40,984 bases of DNA, from the NCBI GenBank assembly GCA_024278715.1, contig JAJRSN010000090.1:1-40984 (forward strand). The letters run 5' to 3'. The notes beneath the pieces were generated by a model. That model was not told the DNA's origin. It was given only the letters and a program-made list of their open reading frames with translations, and searched no databases. Source of the DNA: Calditrichota bacterium (lineage in GTDB: Bacteria > Calditrichota > Calditrichia > Calditrichales > Calditrichaceae). The position numbers and the translations under genes are program-made. Every line of letters begins with the position of its first letter. Position 1 is the stretch's first letter. Below are positions 27,290 to 37,392 of the stretch, piece after piece.

Positions 27290-28519
27290 CTACGACATAG
27301 TCAGGTTCAATAAATATTCGTTTAAATTGATTTTGTAATAAATGGGATCAACCGTTCCCACGATATTGTGAAGCTCCCCTATCCCTTTGGAAAGATCAAG
27401 ATTCCTTGGGGTTATCGGAATATCCTTCTTCAAATCGTAGATGAGACGAACTATGGGACGTAAAATATTTGCCCGACCCGCTTCAATCACAATCGCCAAA
27501 AACCCGCTTTCCAATTTTACGATGCTGCCGGGCGGGTAAATGCCCAAAAAACGTATGAACTGTTCAATTAGATCTTCATCAAAATGAATTAATCGCTGCG
27601 CGTAAATTTCTTTAATCGCCTGTACGGGATTAAGTGGCGGATGATAAATCCGGTTAGAGGTAAGAGCGTCGTAAACATCGATAATGGCGCCTACTTTTCC
27701 CCCTTTACTGATTTCATGTTCGTTCAATTTGCGGGGATAACCGGTACCGTTTAAACGCTCATGGTGTTCGGCAATTACCGAAAGAGCATTCTCGCTGATA
27801 TGCTTGTGCGAACTAACCAACTCCATCCCATAATTAACATGCTTTTTTAAAATTTCAAATTCCTTGTGAGTTAACGGGTTCTTTTTATTTAAAATTTCAT
27901 TTGGTATTTTACTTTTGCCTATGTCATGGAGAAAAGCGCCTAAAGTATAATCAATAATTTCTTCTTTCTCCATTTTCAAAGCCTTGCAAATGCCCGCAAT
28001 TAAAATAGAAACATTAATTGAATGCTCATAGGTGTATTCATCTTTATTTTTGATATTTGAAATAAGCAATAAAGCGTCATGATTTCTGGAAATGGAATTA
28101 ACAATTTCTTTAACAGTTGAAGCGACTTCATCCACTCTGATGCCGTTGCCATAGCGGATGTCGTGATACGCTTCTTTCAGAATTTGGCTCGCCTGATTCT
28201 GGATTTCGCGCGCCCTTTTTAATTCCTTTTTAAGAGGAACCTGAACCTCAAAGTCTAATTCATCGCCCGGACTTATCTGGAATGAATCGGATTCAAAAAT
28301 CCTGAGAAATTCGTCTTTCGAAAATGTATCGTAAACATCAATACCCTTGGTGGTGTCTATGTACACTTCGTCTATGCCGGTCCTTTTTATCTTTTCCACA
28401 TCGCGATAACTGTTAATACGTTTTTTACTCGTCAAAAAAGGATGGCTTATCCAGTTACAATTAAAATCGGAAATATAGACTCCCGGTTTTAATTGATCCA
28501 CTTTTACTTTCTTAATCAT
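27290..28519 (-). CDS. HD-GYP c-di-GMP phosphodiesterase with DUF3391-type N-terminus
   Basis: MIKKVKVDQLKPGVYI, YTYEHS, LHDIGK, HHERLNGTGYP, DVYDALTSNR.Y, GIYPPG. Confidence 0.92.
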   Translation of the reverse strand: MIKKVKVDQLKPGVYISDFNCNWISHPFLTSKKRINSYRDVEKIKRTGIDEVYIDTTKGIDVYDTFSKDEFLRIFESDSFQISPGDELDFEVQVPLKKELKRAREIQNQASQILKEAYHDIRYGNGIRVDEVASTVKEIVNSISRNHDALLLISNIKNKDEYTYEHSINVSILIAGICKALKMEKEEIIDYTLGAFLHDIGKSKIPNEILNKKNPLTHKEFEILKKHVNYGMELVSSHKHISENALSVIAEHHERLNGTGYPRKLNEHEISKGGKVGAIIDVYDALTSNRIYHPPLNPVQAIKEIYAQRLIHFDEDLIEQFIRFLGIYPPGSIVKLESGFLAIVIEAGRANILRPIVRLIYDLKKDIPITPRNLDLSKGIGELHNIVGTVDPIYYKINLNEYLLNLTMS

Positions 28520-28720
28520 CCCGGATAAAATACCTCGCTGTCTTATGAACACTCATTATAATTGGTCGGAAGAATTTTGAAAATTATTAATTTTTTACGA
28601 ATTTAAAGAAAAGTTTCCGGATAAATAATTTATTTTTAAGATGCAACGCGCTAACAAAATCAATCTGATCTTAAAAATAACGCTCTTTAATTCTCTCGAA
28701 TTAACACGGATAACAATAAA

Positions 28721-28749
28721 TTGCTTTTCGATTTAAGAATCTTTAAATT
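28721..28749 (+). promoter_or_regulatory. Putative sigma70 promoter of the feoB operon
   Basis: TTGCTT (28721-26), 17 bp spacer, TAAATT (28744-49). Confidence 0.45.
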
Positions 28750-28752
28750 ACA

Positions 28753-28770
28753 TGTTATATTAATATAACA
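28753..28770. promoter_or_regulatory. Perfect 18 bp palindrome, candidate metalloregulator operator
   Basis: TGTTATATT|AATATAACA, about 40 bp upstream of feoB. Confidence 0.65.
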
Positions 28771-28811
28771 AGGGTTATTATTTCCTTACTATAAACCGGG
28801 ATTAAACGGAT

Positions 28812-30839
28812 ATGATGAACGAACAAAATTTGGAAATGAATAAAATAAACGTGTCTGCGTCTTCTCAAACGCGTAAAAAGAAGAAACATGCAAAAATAGT
28901 GATCGTCGGTTCTCCCAATGTCGGGAAAAGCGTTTTATTTAATGCATTAACCGGCGCTTATGTCACGGTATCCAACTACCCGGGCACAACGGTAGAGCTC
29001 TCCAACGGAAAGGGGCGATTAAATTCAATTTCGCTTAATATAATAGATACGCCGGGCATGTATCGTTTATTACCGATTACCGAAGAAGAGCGCGTCGCCC
29101 GAAATGTGCTGATCAATGAATCTCCCGACGTAGTCATTCACGTGGTTGACGCTAAAAATTTAAATCGCATGCTGCCCATGACCTTACAACTCAAGAACGC
29201 GGGTTTACCTGTCTTTTTAGTAATAAACATGATGGACGAAGCCGATCGTCTTTCCATTAAAATCGATCCCGCTCAAATTGAACACATCTTACAAATTCCG
29301 GTTGTTACCACTGCGCTTGCCCGAAACAGGGGTATAAAGGAATTAAAAAAGCGTCTGTCCGATTTTTTGCAGTCCGAAACTCGCTTTTCCGATAATCACC
29401 GGAGCGTCGAAATTCCCTATCCGCCTCTCATCAAAAAGGCTATTCAAACAATCAGTTCACTTTTGAAAAGCAGGTACGCTTTGTCCGCAAATATGCTTGC
29501 CTATCTGTTTTTGTTAGGCGATAAGGAAGTTTGGAAAATGATTGAAGGAAAGGAGCCGGATTCTGTTTTTCAACAAATTAAAGAGACCAGGGAAAAGGTA
29601 AAAGCGGCTTACCATGTTGGACTCGATTTGGAGATAGCGAAAAGCGAGCGAGCGCTGACGGATCAAATTCTTAAAAAGGCTGTAAAATCGTCCGCCGAAA
29701 AGACAACGACTCCCACCGGTTTTCTGGATCGTTTATTCCTGTCGCCTTATACGGGATTTCCCATTATCATTCTTGTTTTGTACCTGTTTTATCTGTTTGT
29801 GGGAGTGCTTGGCGCTCAGACCATTGTTGATTTTTTGGAGATTTCTGTTTTCGGGCAATATATCAATCCTTTGGTAAACAAGCTCCTGGTAAGCTGGGTG
29901 CCCTGGCAGCCTATTCGTGATTTATTCGGAGGCGAGTACGGAATAATAACCCTGGGAATTCGCTATGCCATAGCCATTATTTTGCCCATAGTCGGCACTT
30001 TCTTTTTGGCTTTTTCATTCATCGAAGACAGCGGTTATTTGCCGAGGCTGGCGCTTTTGGTTGACCGCTTTTTCAAGAAAATAGGATTAAACGGAAGAGC
30101 GGTTTTGCCGATCGTTTTGGGATTCGGTTGTGATACAATGGCAACAGTGGTCACAAGAACCCTGGAAACAAAACGCGAACGAATCATTAGCACATTGTTG
30201 CTGACTCTGGCAATTCCCTGTTCGGCGCAGCTCGGCGTTTTATTAGCCATGGCTTCGACCAATCCCAAAGTTCTGTGGGTCTGGATCGGGATTGTTCTTA
30301 TGATCTTCTTTCTGATCGGATTTTTATCGTCAAAACTGATGCCCGGAGTGCGTCCCAGTTTTTACATCGAACTGCCGCCTTTGCGTTTTCCGCGTCCCGC
30401 CAATATTCTTGTAAAAACCTATACGCGAATGGAATGGTATTTTAAAGAGGTTTTGCCATTTTTTGTTCTGGCAAGCGTTTTATTATGGTTGGGACAACTA
30501 ACGGGATTGTTTGAAATAATCGTAAACGGGATGAAACCTTTAATGAGTTGGATGGGTTTGCCCGGCGATACCGCCGTGGCTTTTATTTTCGGATTTTTCA
30601 GAAGGGATTACGGCGCAGCCGGTCTTTATGACTTACGTGGAATATTAACCGGCAACCAATTGCTGATAGCCATAACGGTTATGACGCTGTTTGTTCCCTG
30701 TATTGCGCAGTTTGCCGTAACCATTAAAGAACGCGGGATCAAAACGGCGTTAGGAATGTTTTTCTTTGTAATGCTGTTTGCTTTTGGTACGGGAATTGTT
30801 TTACACAAACTTTTTGCTTTTACAGGTATTGTATTATGA
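28812..30839 (+). CDS. feoB: Ferrous iron transporter B
   Basis: GSPNVGKS, NYPGTTVE, DTPG, NMMD, EDSGYLPR, GFGC, IPCSA, ELPP, FVPC. Confidence 0.97.
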   Translation: MMNEQNLEMNKINVSASSQTRKKKKHAKIVIVGSPNVGKSVLFNALTGAYVTVSNYPGTTVELSNGKGRLNSISLNIIDTPGMYRLLPITEEERVARNVLINESPDVVIHVVDAKNLNRMLPMTLQLKNAGLPVFLVINMMDEADRLSIKIDPAQIEHILQIPVVTTALARNRGIKELKKRLSDFLQSETRFSDNHRSVEIPYPPLIKKAIQTISSLLKSRYALSANMLAYLFLLGDKEVWKMIEGKEPDSVFQQIKETREKVKAAYHVGLDLEIAKSERALTDQILKKAVKSSAEKTTTPTGFLDRLFLSPYTGFPIIILVLYLFYLFVGVLGAQTIVDFLEISVFGQYINPLVNKLLVSWVPWQPIRDLFGGEYGIITLGIRYAIAIILPIVGTFFLAFSFIEDSGYLPRLALLVDRFFKKIGLNGRAVLPIVLGFGCDTMATVVTRTLETKRERIISTLLLTLAIPCSAQLGVLLAMASTNPKVLWVWIGIVLMIFFLIGFLSSKLMPGVRPSFYIELPPLRFPRPANILVKTYTRMEWYFKEVLPFFVLASVLLWLGQLTGLFEIIVNGMKPLMSWMGLPGDTAVAFIFGFFRRDYGAAGLYDLRGILTGNQLLIAITVMTLFVPCIAQFAVTIKERGIKTALGMFFFVMLFAFGTGIVLHKLFAFTGIVL

Positions 30840-31033
30840 AATGTCCGTTATGCGGGTATGAATATCAACCCGAAGAGGCTAAAAGTCCCTGTGAATCATG
30901 TCCGCTTCATCAATCCTGCAGCCTTGTGTGCTGTCCCAATTGCGGGTACGAAATGCTGCCCGAAAGTAAAACGGCTAAAAAGCTCAGAAAATTGTTATCT
31001 TTTAAATTCAACAAAAATAAAGTGGAGCCTTGA
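30836..31033 (+). CDS. Small 8-Cys protein (zinc-ribbon/Fe-S candidate), FeoB-associated
   Basis: ATGA overlap with the feoB stop; CPLCGY...CESC...C...CCPNCGY. Confidence 0.8.
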   Translation: MKCPLCGYEYQPEEAKSPCESCPLHQSCSLVCCPNCGYEMLPESKTAKKLRKLLSFKFNKNKVEP

Positions 31034-31674
31034 TTATGGTCAGCGAAGCAGCCCAGGAAGTTTTGGAAGATTTGTGGACAACAATAGTTGAAAATAAAAA
31101 AACCTTTTTGGACGCAAGTAATTACGCCCCGGAAGTCATTGCCGAATTAAAAGAGCACGGATTAATTGCTTTAAAGGGAAAGCAGATCAAAATGACCGGG
31201 AAGGGAGAAAAAGAATCCGCAATGGCTATCAGACGCCACCGTTTGGCGGAAAGACTTTTAGCCGATGTCTTTAACACGGTGGAGCAGGTTTTGGACGATC
31301 ACGCCTGCCGACTGGAACACGCCCTTTTTGACGGACTTGACGAGGCAATTTGCACGCTTTTGGGACATCCGCACTTTTGCCCGCACGGTAAACCGATCCC
31401 TGAAGGAAAATGCTGCGAAAAAAAATTAGAGACCATTCGCCCCATCATTGTGCCTTTAAGCGAGATGCGTCCCAATGAAAAAGGGCAAATCGCTTATGTC
31501 CACATGTCCCAAAGGGATCTTCTGGACAAGATGTTAGCCATGGGCATTTTACCGGGCAACGATATTACTTTAATCCAAAGATCGCCGTCTTTCGTCTTTA
31601 AGTCCGGACACAGCCAATTTGCCGTGGATGAGGAGATTGCTTCGGAAATTTTTATCCGGATAAAAAGACATTAA
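31030..31674 (+). CDS. DtxR/MntR-family metal-dependent regulator fused to a FeoA domain
   Basis: RRHRLAERLL, ACRLEH, LGHPHFCPHGKPIP, C-terminal FeoA-like LSEM...LLAMGILPG. Start is 31030 (TTG) or 31036 (ATG). Confidence 0.88.
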   Translation: MIMVSEAAQEVLEDLWTTIVENKKTFLDASNYAPEVIAELKEHGLIALKGKQIKMTGKGEKESAMAIRRHRLAERLLADVFNTVEQVLDDHACRLEHALFDGLDEAICTLLGHPHFCPHGKPIPEGKCCEKKLETIRPIIVPLSEMRPNEKGQIAYVHMSQRDLLDKMLAMGILPGNDITLIQRSPSFVFKSGHSQFAVDEEIASEIFIRIKRH

Positions 31675-31850
31675 CTTTCCCTTAATCTTTGCTGATATTA
31701 AAGGAAGAAAATCCGTCTTTCCTGCAAATTCACTTTTTGCTTAATGAAACTATGCGTCATTTTTAAGCGTTAATAAAATTCTTTTTGCTTTGATTGGCTA
31801 AAGTTTATTAGTTTTCAACTCAATTGATGCAAAATATTGGGGAATTGAAC

Positions 31851-33716
31851 ATGAATCGTGGATTAAAAATCGTCTTTGTCATAATGCTATTTGCCGGTTT
31901 TACTTTTGCTCAACAGGCTTCTCAAAAAGAATGGAAGATTTTCCAACAGGGCATTCAGGATTACAAAACCGGAGAATACCAAAAAGCCCGCAAAAACTTT
32001 TCTTTGGTCATTTCCCGCCTGGGGTCCAAAAGCCATCTTTTAACTGCCAATTATTTGATGCTGGCAAAAACTCTTTACAAAATGGGCGAATATCAAAAGT
32101 CTCTGGAAATTTGCGAAACTTTTTTGAAAAAATTTCCTGAAAGCCGCTATCGCGACGATATTCAATTTGTAATGGCTAATAATTATTTTCGTTTAAACCG
32201 CGTTCAGACGGCTACTCAAATCTGGCTGTCGATTGTTGAAAAAAGCGACGATCCCAGATTAAAGAAAAAAACCTTTGAGTTGGTGAAAAACGCCCTGCGT
32301 TACGCTCTGGATGAACAGGGTATCTCCTTTATCGAGCAGCAAGCCAGATCTCCTTTCCGGAAGAAACTCGTAAAATACATAGAAGCTGAACGTTTTTATG
32401 AGGCACGGAATGCTCAGGCGGCTTTGCGGATACTAGAAGAGTACAAAACGCTTCCCGGAAATTTCGCTGAAATTGACGAAAAAGCGGAAAATTTGTACGA
32501 TTTTCTGAAAAACAGAGAACACAACATCGTGCGAATTGCGGTTCTGCTGCCATTGAGCGGACCAAACAAGGATATTGGCAAGGCAATTTTAGACGGCGCG
32601 CAATTGGCTCTGTCCGAATTTAACCATATCAATCAAATGAATATTCAATTAGTTCCCTATGATTACGAGGGGCGGCTGGTCACGGCTTTGCAAAAGATGA
32701 AAGAGATTGGCAGAGATCCATCGATAACCTGTGTGTTTGGTCCTTTGGAAAATGAAATAACGGCAAGTTGCGCCGTGATTGCCGATTATGAACAAATTAC
32801 TCTGATTAGTCCCACGGCTTCGGGAAAAAGTCTGCGGCGTCTCTCAAGCCGCCTCGTTCAACTCGCCGCTCCCGTTGATATTATGGCGAGTAAACTGGCG
32901 AGATTTGTGGTGGATTCATTAAACATCCGCAGAGTTGTGACCCTTTCGCCGATAGATGATTATTTTCTCGATTTTACCAAAACGTTTACCGATTATCTGG
33001 AAAACAATTTTATTGAAATACCGGCTCAAAGATGGTACTACCCCGAAGACAGAGATTTGACCAATCATTTTAAAACTCTGAAACGCGTGGCGTTGAAATT
33101 AGCGTTTCAGGATTCCGTAATGCAGGCGGATAGCACGATAAAACCGAGTCAAATCGATTCTTTGTACCGTATTTATCAAAAAGAAAAAAGAGAGCAGATC
33201 CTGCATTCCACAAACCGCGTAAAAATCGATTCCGCCGATATTCCGGTTCATAGCATCGGCGGGATTTTGTTACCCGTCTATTCCGAGGATATTGCCATGG
33301 TAGCCTCACAGTATGCTTATTGGAACATCCAGGCTCAGATCATCGGAAACAGCGACTGGTATGACACGGACAAGCTGAATAAGAATAAGAATTACATAAA
33401 CGGGCTAATTTTTATCAGCGATAATTTTCTGAATCAGGAAAACTGGGACTACAGACAATTTGTCAACAAATTCAGGCAAACATTTCATCGTACTCCCGAA
33501 AAGTATGAATTGTTGGGCTATGACAATTTCAACTTTATTCTGCACGCCATCGCCTCCGACAGTAAAAAACCGACGCGGGAAAACTTTTTGGAATTGATGA
33601 AGGAAGCGCCAAAGTACGAAGGTATTTTACGACGGTTTAATGTGGGCGAAAAAAGATACAACAACGCGACAAGAATTTTGAAATACGTTTACGGACAGCT
33701 ATTGCCGCTCAATTAA
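31851..33716 (+). CDS. TPR + periplasmic-binding type-1 fold protein (LpoA/LppC-like PBP activator candidate)
   Basis: Signal peptide, TPR helices (FLKKFPESRY), IAVLLPLSG...G...GAQLA, VFGPL, LISPTAS, GYD. Confidence 0.75.
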   Translation: MNRGLKIVFVIMLFAGFTFAQQASQKEWKIFQQGIQDYKTGEYQKARKNFSLVISRLGSKSHLLTANYLMLAKTLYKMGEYQKSLEICETFLKKFPESRYRDDIQFVMANNYFRLNRVQTATQIWLSIVEKSDDPRLKKKTFELVKNALRYALDEQGISFIEQQARSPFRKKLVKYIEAERFYEARNAQAALRILEEYKTLPGNFAEIDEKAENLYDFLKNREHNIVRIAVLLPLSGPNKDIGKAILDGAQLALSEFNHINQMNIQLVPYDYEGRLVTALQKMKEIGRDPSITCVFGPLENEITASCAVIADYEQITLISPTASGKSLRRLSSRLVQLAAPVDIMASKLARFVVDSLNIRRVVTLSPIDDYFLDFTKTFTDYLENNFIEIPAQRWYYPEDRDLTNHFKTLKRVALKLAFQDSVMQADSTIKPSQIDSLYRIYQKEKREQILHSTNRVKIDSADIPVHSIGGILLPVYSEDIAMVASQYAYWNIQAQIIGNSDWYDTDKLNKNKNYINGLIFISDNFLNQENWDYRQFVNKFRQTFHRTPEKYELLGYDNFNFILHAIASDSKKPTRENFLELMKEAPKYEGILRRFNVGEKRYNNATRILKYVYGQLLPLN

Positions 33717-33741
33717 ATTAAACCCGAAAAGGTAGCCCGAT

Positions 33742-34500
33742 TTGGAGATTAGACCGCTTATTAAACGATTCGATATCTTCAAGCCCTTTCCACTGATTAT
33801 TCACGGTTTTTCCACCCGAAAGGGCGGCGTAAGCAATCCGCCCTATGATCAGTGTAATTTAGGTCCCCGTACAGGAGACCTTCCCTCAGCCGTTAAACAA
33901 AACCGGCATCTTTTTTTTAACGAACTTAGCATACCGCAGCAGCGAATTGTCTTTCCGGAGCAGGTACATTCCGAAAGGATAAAAATTGTTGACGCGCCCG
34001 GCATTGTTCCGCAATGCGACGCTTTGATTACCGCTCAACCCGGTCTTTTTTTAACCATTCAAACCGCGGACTGCTTCCCGGTTTTTATTTACGACGCCCG
34101 GAACGAGGTTGTGGCGATTGTTCATTCAGGCTGGCGCGGAAGCGCAAAAAACATTGCTGGTAAAACCGTCTCTCTCTTAAAAACTCGTTTTCATTCCTCG
34201 CCGGAAAATTTGTTTGTCGCCGTCGGACCCGGTGTTCAAAAACAGTGTTACCAAATCGATCCGGAAACCGCCCGATATTTTCCGCAATCTTTCTTGTCTC
34301 CCGACGGAGCGGATCATTTTAAACTGAATTTACAGGGCGTTATTTTGCGGCAACTCGCCGATGAAGGAATTCCCGAATCCAATATAGAATATGATTCGGA
34401 CTGTACCCATTGTAACGCGGAACTCTATTACTCATATCGCAGAGACGGGAATAAAAGCGGACGTATGATGGGCGTTATCGGTATCCGCCAAAAAGCCTGA
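33742..34500 (+). CDS. pgeF: Peptidoglycan editing factor PgeF / YfiH laccase-domain protein
   Basis: FSTRKGGVS, QVHS, DALIT, TADCFPV, HSGWRG, CT...YSYRR...GRM. Confidence 0.93.
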   Translation: MEIRPLIKRFDIFKPFPLIIHGFSTRKGGVSNPPYDQCNLGPRTGDLPSAVKQNRHLFFNELSIPQQRIVFPEQVHSERIKIVDAPGIVPQCDALITAQPGLFLTIQTADCFPVFIYDARNEVVAIVHSGWRGSAKNIAGKTVSLLKTRFHSSPENLFVAVGPGVQKQCYQIDPETARYFPQSFLSPDGADHFKLNLQGVILRQLADEGIPESNIEYDSDCTHCNAELYYSYRRDGNKSGRMMGVIGIRQKA

Positions 34501-34667
34501 AGCAAAAATCTTAGCCCCGCTTCTTTTTTCTCAAAAAAATTTTTTTAACCCGCCTTCCCGGAAATTAATGATCCCCTTTATTTTGTTTTTAGTAAAATGG
34601 ATTTGCAGTTAATGCCATAGATTTTTAAGATAATAGTCACCAGGCAATAAATTAGCGGGGCAATCCA

Positions 34668-36401
34668 ATGAAGAGGCTCTTTCTTTTTTTCGCATTCATC
34701 GCTGCTTTATTAAGCGCATCTCGGATATCCGCCCAAACCGAGTTGGATCCGGACATATTCGCGAAAACGACAACCGGTCAGTTAAAAGCATGGATATTTT
34801 TTAAGGACAAAGGAAAGTCTCCCGCGGCTTTAATGAAACCTGAACAAATATTAAGCGAACGCGCCATCAAACGAAGAATGTTGAGAAGACCGCAAAAAGC
34901 GTTGATTGAATTCAGCGATCTACCTGTTTACGAACCCTACATCGAAGCCGTTAAACCCCGTATAAGCCGAATACGCGTTGTTTCCCGCTGGCTGAACGGA
35001 ATAAGCGCGGAAGTCTCGCTTAAAAATCTGGAGGCGATCCGCAACTTCGATTTTGTCCTTAAGATCGATCCCGTAATTGTCGGAAAAAGAATTTTACCCC
35101 GACCGGACGAAGAAAAAACTCCGCCCCTTCCAAAGCGCGGCAGCACGACCGATTCTCTGCCTTACGGAGAATCTTTAGATCAACTTGAATTAATCAACGT
35201 TCCTTTTTTGCATCAACAAGGTTTTTACGGAGAAGATGTTGTTATCTGCATGCTTGACGACGGATTTAATCTGCTATATCATCATCTGGCGTTCGATAGC
35301 CTTAATGTTTTAGCCACTTATGATTTTATCCACGGCGATGAGGGGGTGGATGATTCACAGTTTAAGGCGTATGAAGGCTGGCACGGAACAAAAACGCTTT
35401 CGGTAATTGCCGGATATGCGCCGGGAATGCTGATTGGTGCCGCTTTTAAAGCCTCGTTTTTACTGGCAAAAACGGAGGTCGATCAAAGCGAAACGCCGAT
35501 TGAAGAAGACTACTGGGTTGCCGGAATCGAATGGGGGGAAAAAATGGGGGCAGATATTGTCAGCAGTTCATTGGGCTACGTCGATTGGTACACTCCGGCA
35601 CAAATGGACGGTAAAACCGCAAAAACCACCATTGCCGCCGAGATGGCGGTGGATAAAGGAGTTATCGTTTTTAATTCCGCGGGAAACGAAGGCGACGACC
35701 CATATACTAACACGCTGTTAGCCCCGGCTGACGGGGAAAAAGTGCTCGCGGTTGCGGCGGTAGATCGTTTCGGGCTTCGGGCTTCGTTTTCTTCCGTGGG
35801 TCCCACAGCAGACGGGCGCATTAAACCGGACATTGCAGCCATGGGCGTTTATGTGGTAACCGCCGATCAAAAGGATTCCACAGGCTTCAATTATGCAAGC
35901 GGGACATCCTTTTCCTGTCCCCTTGCTTCCGGCGGCGCCGCTTTGCTTTTGCAGGCTTTTCCGCAAACAACTCCGGAGTTAATGGCAAAAGCATTAAAAG
36001 AAACGGCTTCGCAAGCCGATTTCCCCGATAAATATTTGGGCTGGGGTATTATTGATCTGAAAAAAGCATACAACTATCTTGACACCGCCACCGTCAGAGA
36101 AGATAAAACCAAATTAAATCATTTACAGATATTTTCGAATGAACCGAATCCCGCCGACGAAAAGACCCGCTTTTCTTTTCGGGTCGAAAATCCGAGCGAC
36201 GTGGAGATTCGCATTTATGACATTACCGGAAGAAAAGTAAAATCTCTCGGGACAAAACGGTATAAGGCGCACAGAAAATATTACGAAGAATTCCGGACAA
36301 AAACTTTGGCTTCGGGAACTTATATCTATCACGTTTTAGCCAGAGAGTTGGGAACCGGTATTATCTATCGTAAAAGCGGAAAATTTGTTGTTCTGCATTA
36401 A
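34668..36401 (+). CDS. S8 subtilisin-like serine peptidase with T9SS-type C-terminal domain
   Basis: Triad motifs LDDGF, HGT, GTSFSCP; NSAGN; C-terminal PNP...IYDITGRKV...SGTYIY...KFVVLH. Confidence 0.93.
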   Translation: MKRLFLFFAFIAALLSASRISAQTELDPDIFAKTTTGQLKAWIFFKDKGKSPAALMKPEQILSERAIKRRMLRRPQKALIEFSDLPVYEPYIEAVKPRISRIRVVSRWLNGISAEVSLKNLEAIRNFDFVLKIDPVIVGKRILPRPDEEKTPPLPKRGSTTDSLPYGESLDQLELINVPFLHQQGFYGEDVVICMLDDGFNLLYHHLAFDSLNVLATYDFIHGDEGVDDSQFKAYEGWHGTKTLSVIAGYAPGMLIGAAFKASFLLAKTEVDQSETPIEEDYWVAGIEWGEKMGADIVSSSLGYVDWYTPAQMDGKTAKTTIAAEMAVDKGVIVFNSAGNEGDDPYTNTLLAPADGEKVLAVAAVDRFGLRASFSSVGPTADGRIKPDIAAMGVYVVTADQKDSTGFNYASGTSFSCPLASGGAALLLQAFPQTTPELMAKALKETASQADFPDKYLGWGIIDLKKAYNYLDTATVREDKTKLNHLQIFSNEPNPADEKTRFSFRVENPSDVEIRIYDITGRKVKSLGTKRYKAHRKYYEEFRTKTLASGTYIYHVLARELGTGIIYRKSGKFVVLH

Positions 36402-36443
36402 TTTGCTTTTAATTTTGTAATAGAAAAGAGCAATGGGGAAAAT

Positions 36444-37259
36444 ATGATTGAATGGTTAACATCATTCCATCCGGTTCTTCAGGCTTTGATAGCCACCATC
36501 TTCACTTGGTTTATGACCGCCGCAGGAGCCTCGATGATCTTTTTCTTTAAGAGCTTTAATAAAAAGTTGATGGACGGGATGCTTGGTTTTGCGGCGGGAG
36601 TGATGATTGCCGCCAGTTTTTGGTCGTTGCTTGCTCCGGCTATTGAAATGGCGGAAAACATGTCCGTTCCCTCATGGGTGCCTGCAGTGGTCGGCTTTTT
36701 ATCGGGCGGGGCATTTTTGCGCTTAATAGACCGCTTTTTGCCACACCTTCATTTAGGGCTGGAGATAAAAGACGCCGAGGGAATTAAAACACAGTGGCAG
36801 CGGAGCGTTTTGCTTGTTTTAGCCATAACGCTTCATAATATCCCCGAAGGTCTTGCCGTGGGTGTTGCTTTCGGCGCCGTGGCTGCGGATTTACCTTCTG
36901 CAAGCCTCGCCGGAGCCGTTGCTCTTGCCATCGGCATCGGAATTCAAAACTTTCCGGAAGGCACCGCGGTTTCCGCCCCGCTGCGAAGAGAAGGCTTTTC
37001 CCGTTTTAAAAGTTTCTGGTACGGACAAATGAGCGGCATTGTGGAACCCGTTGCGGGAGTTGTCGGAGCCGCGGCGGTTCTTATCATGCGCCCGATTTTA
37101 CCTTACGCACTCTCTTTTGCCGCCGGAGCCATGATCTTTGTGGTGATCGAAGAACTGATCCCGGAATCGCAATCGGACCCGGCTAACACCGATGTTTCCA
37201 CCATGGGCGCCATGTTAGGTTTTGCAGTTATGATGTTATTGGATGTCGCCCTGGGTTAA
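36444..37259 (+). CDS. ZIP family metal transporter (GufA/ZupT-like)
   Basis: [46 protein letters not shown]. Confidence 0.95.
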   Translation: MIEWLTSFHPVLQALIATIFTWFMTAAGASMIFFFKSFNKKLMDGMLGFAAGVMIAASFWSLLAPAIEMAENMSVPSWVPAVVGFLSGGAFLRLIDRFLPHLHLGLEIKDAEGIKTQWQRSVLLVLAITLHNIPEGLAVGVAFGAVAADLPSASLAGAVALAIGIGIQNFPEGTAVSAPLRREGFSRFKSFWYGQMSGIVEPVAGVVGAAAVLIMRPILPYALSFAAGAMIFVVIEELIPESQSDPANTDVSTMGAMLGFAVMMLLDVALG

Positions 37260-37392
37260 TTCGATTTTCGATATTATTAATTCGTATTGAGACAGCTTTC
37301 TGTTGCCTTTTTCAATGCATTAATCGTAATCCTTTGCCGCTATTTAATTCCGCTAAATAACAAATATTTTTCAAGTAAACTTCGCGCTTAAA

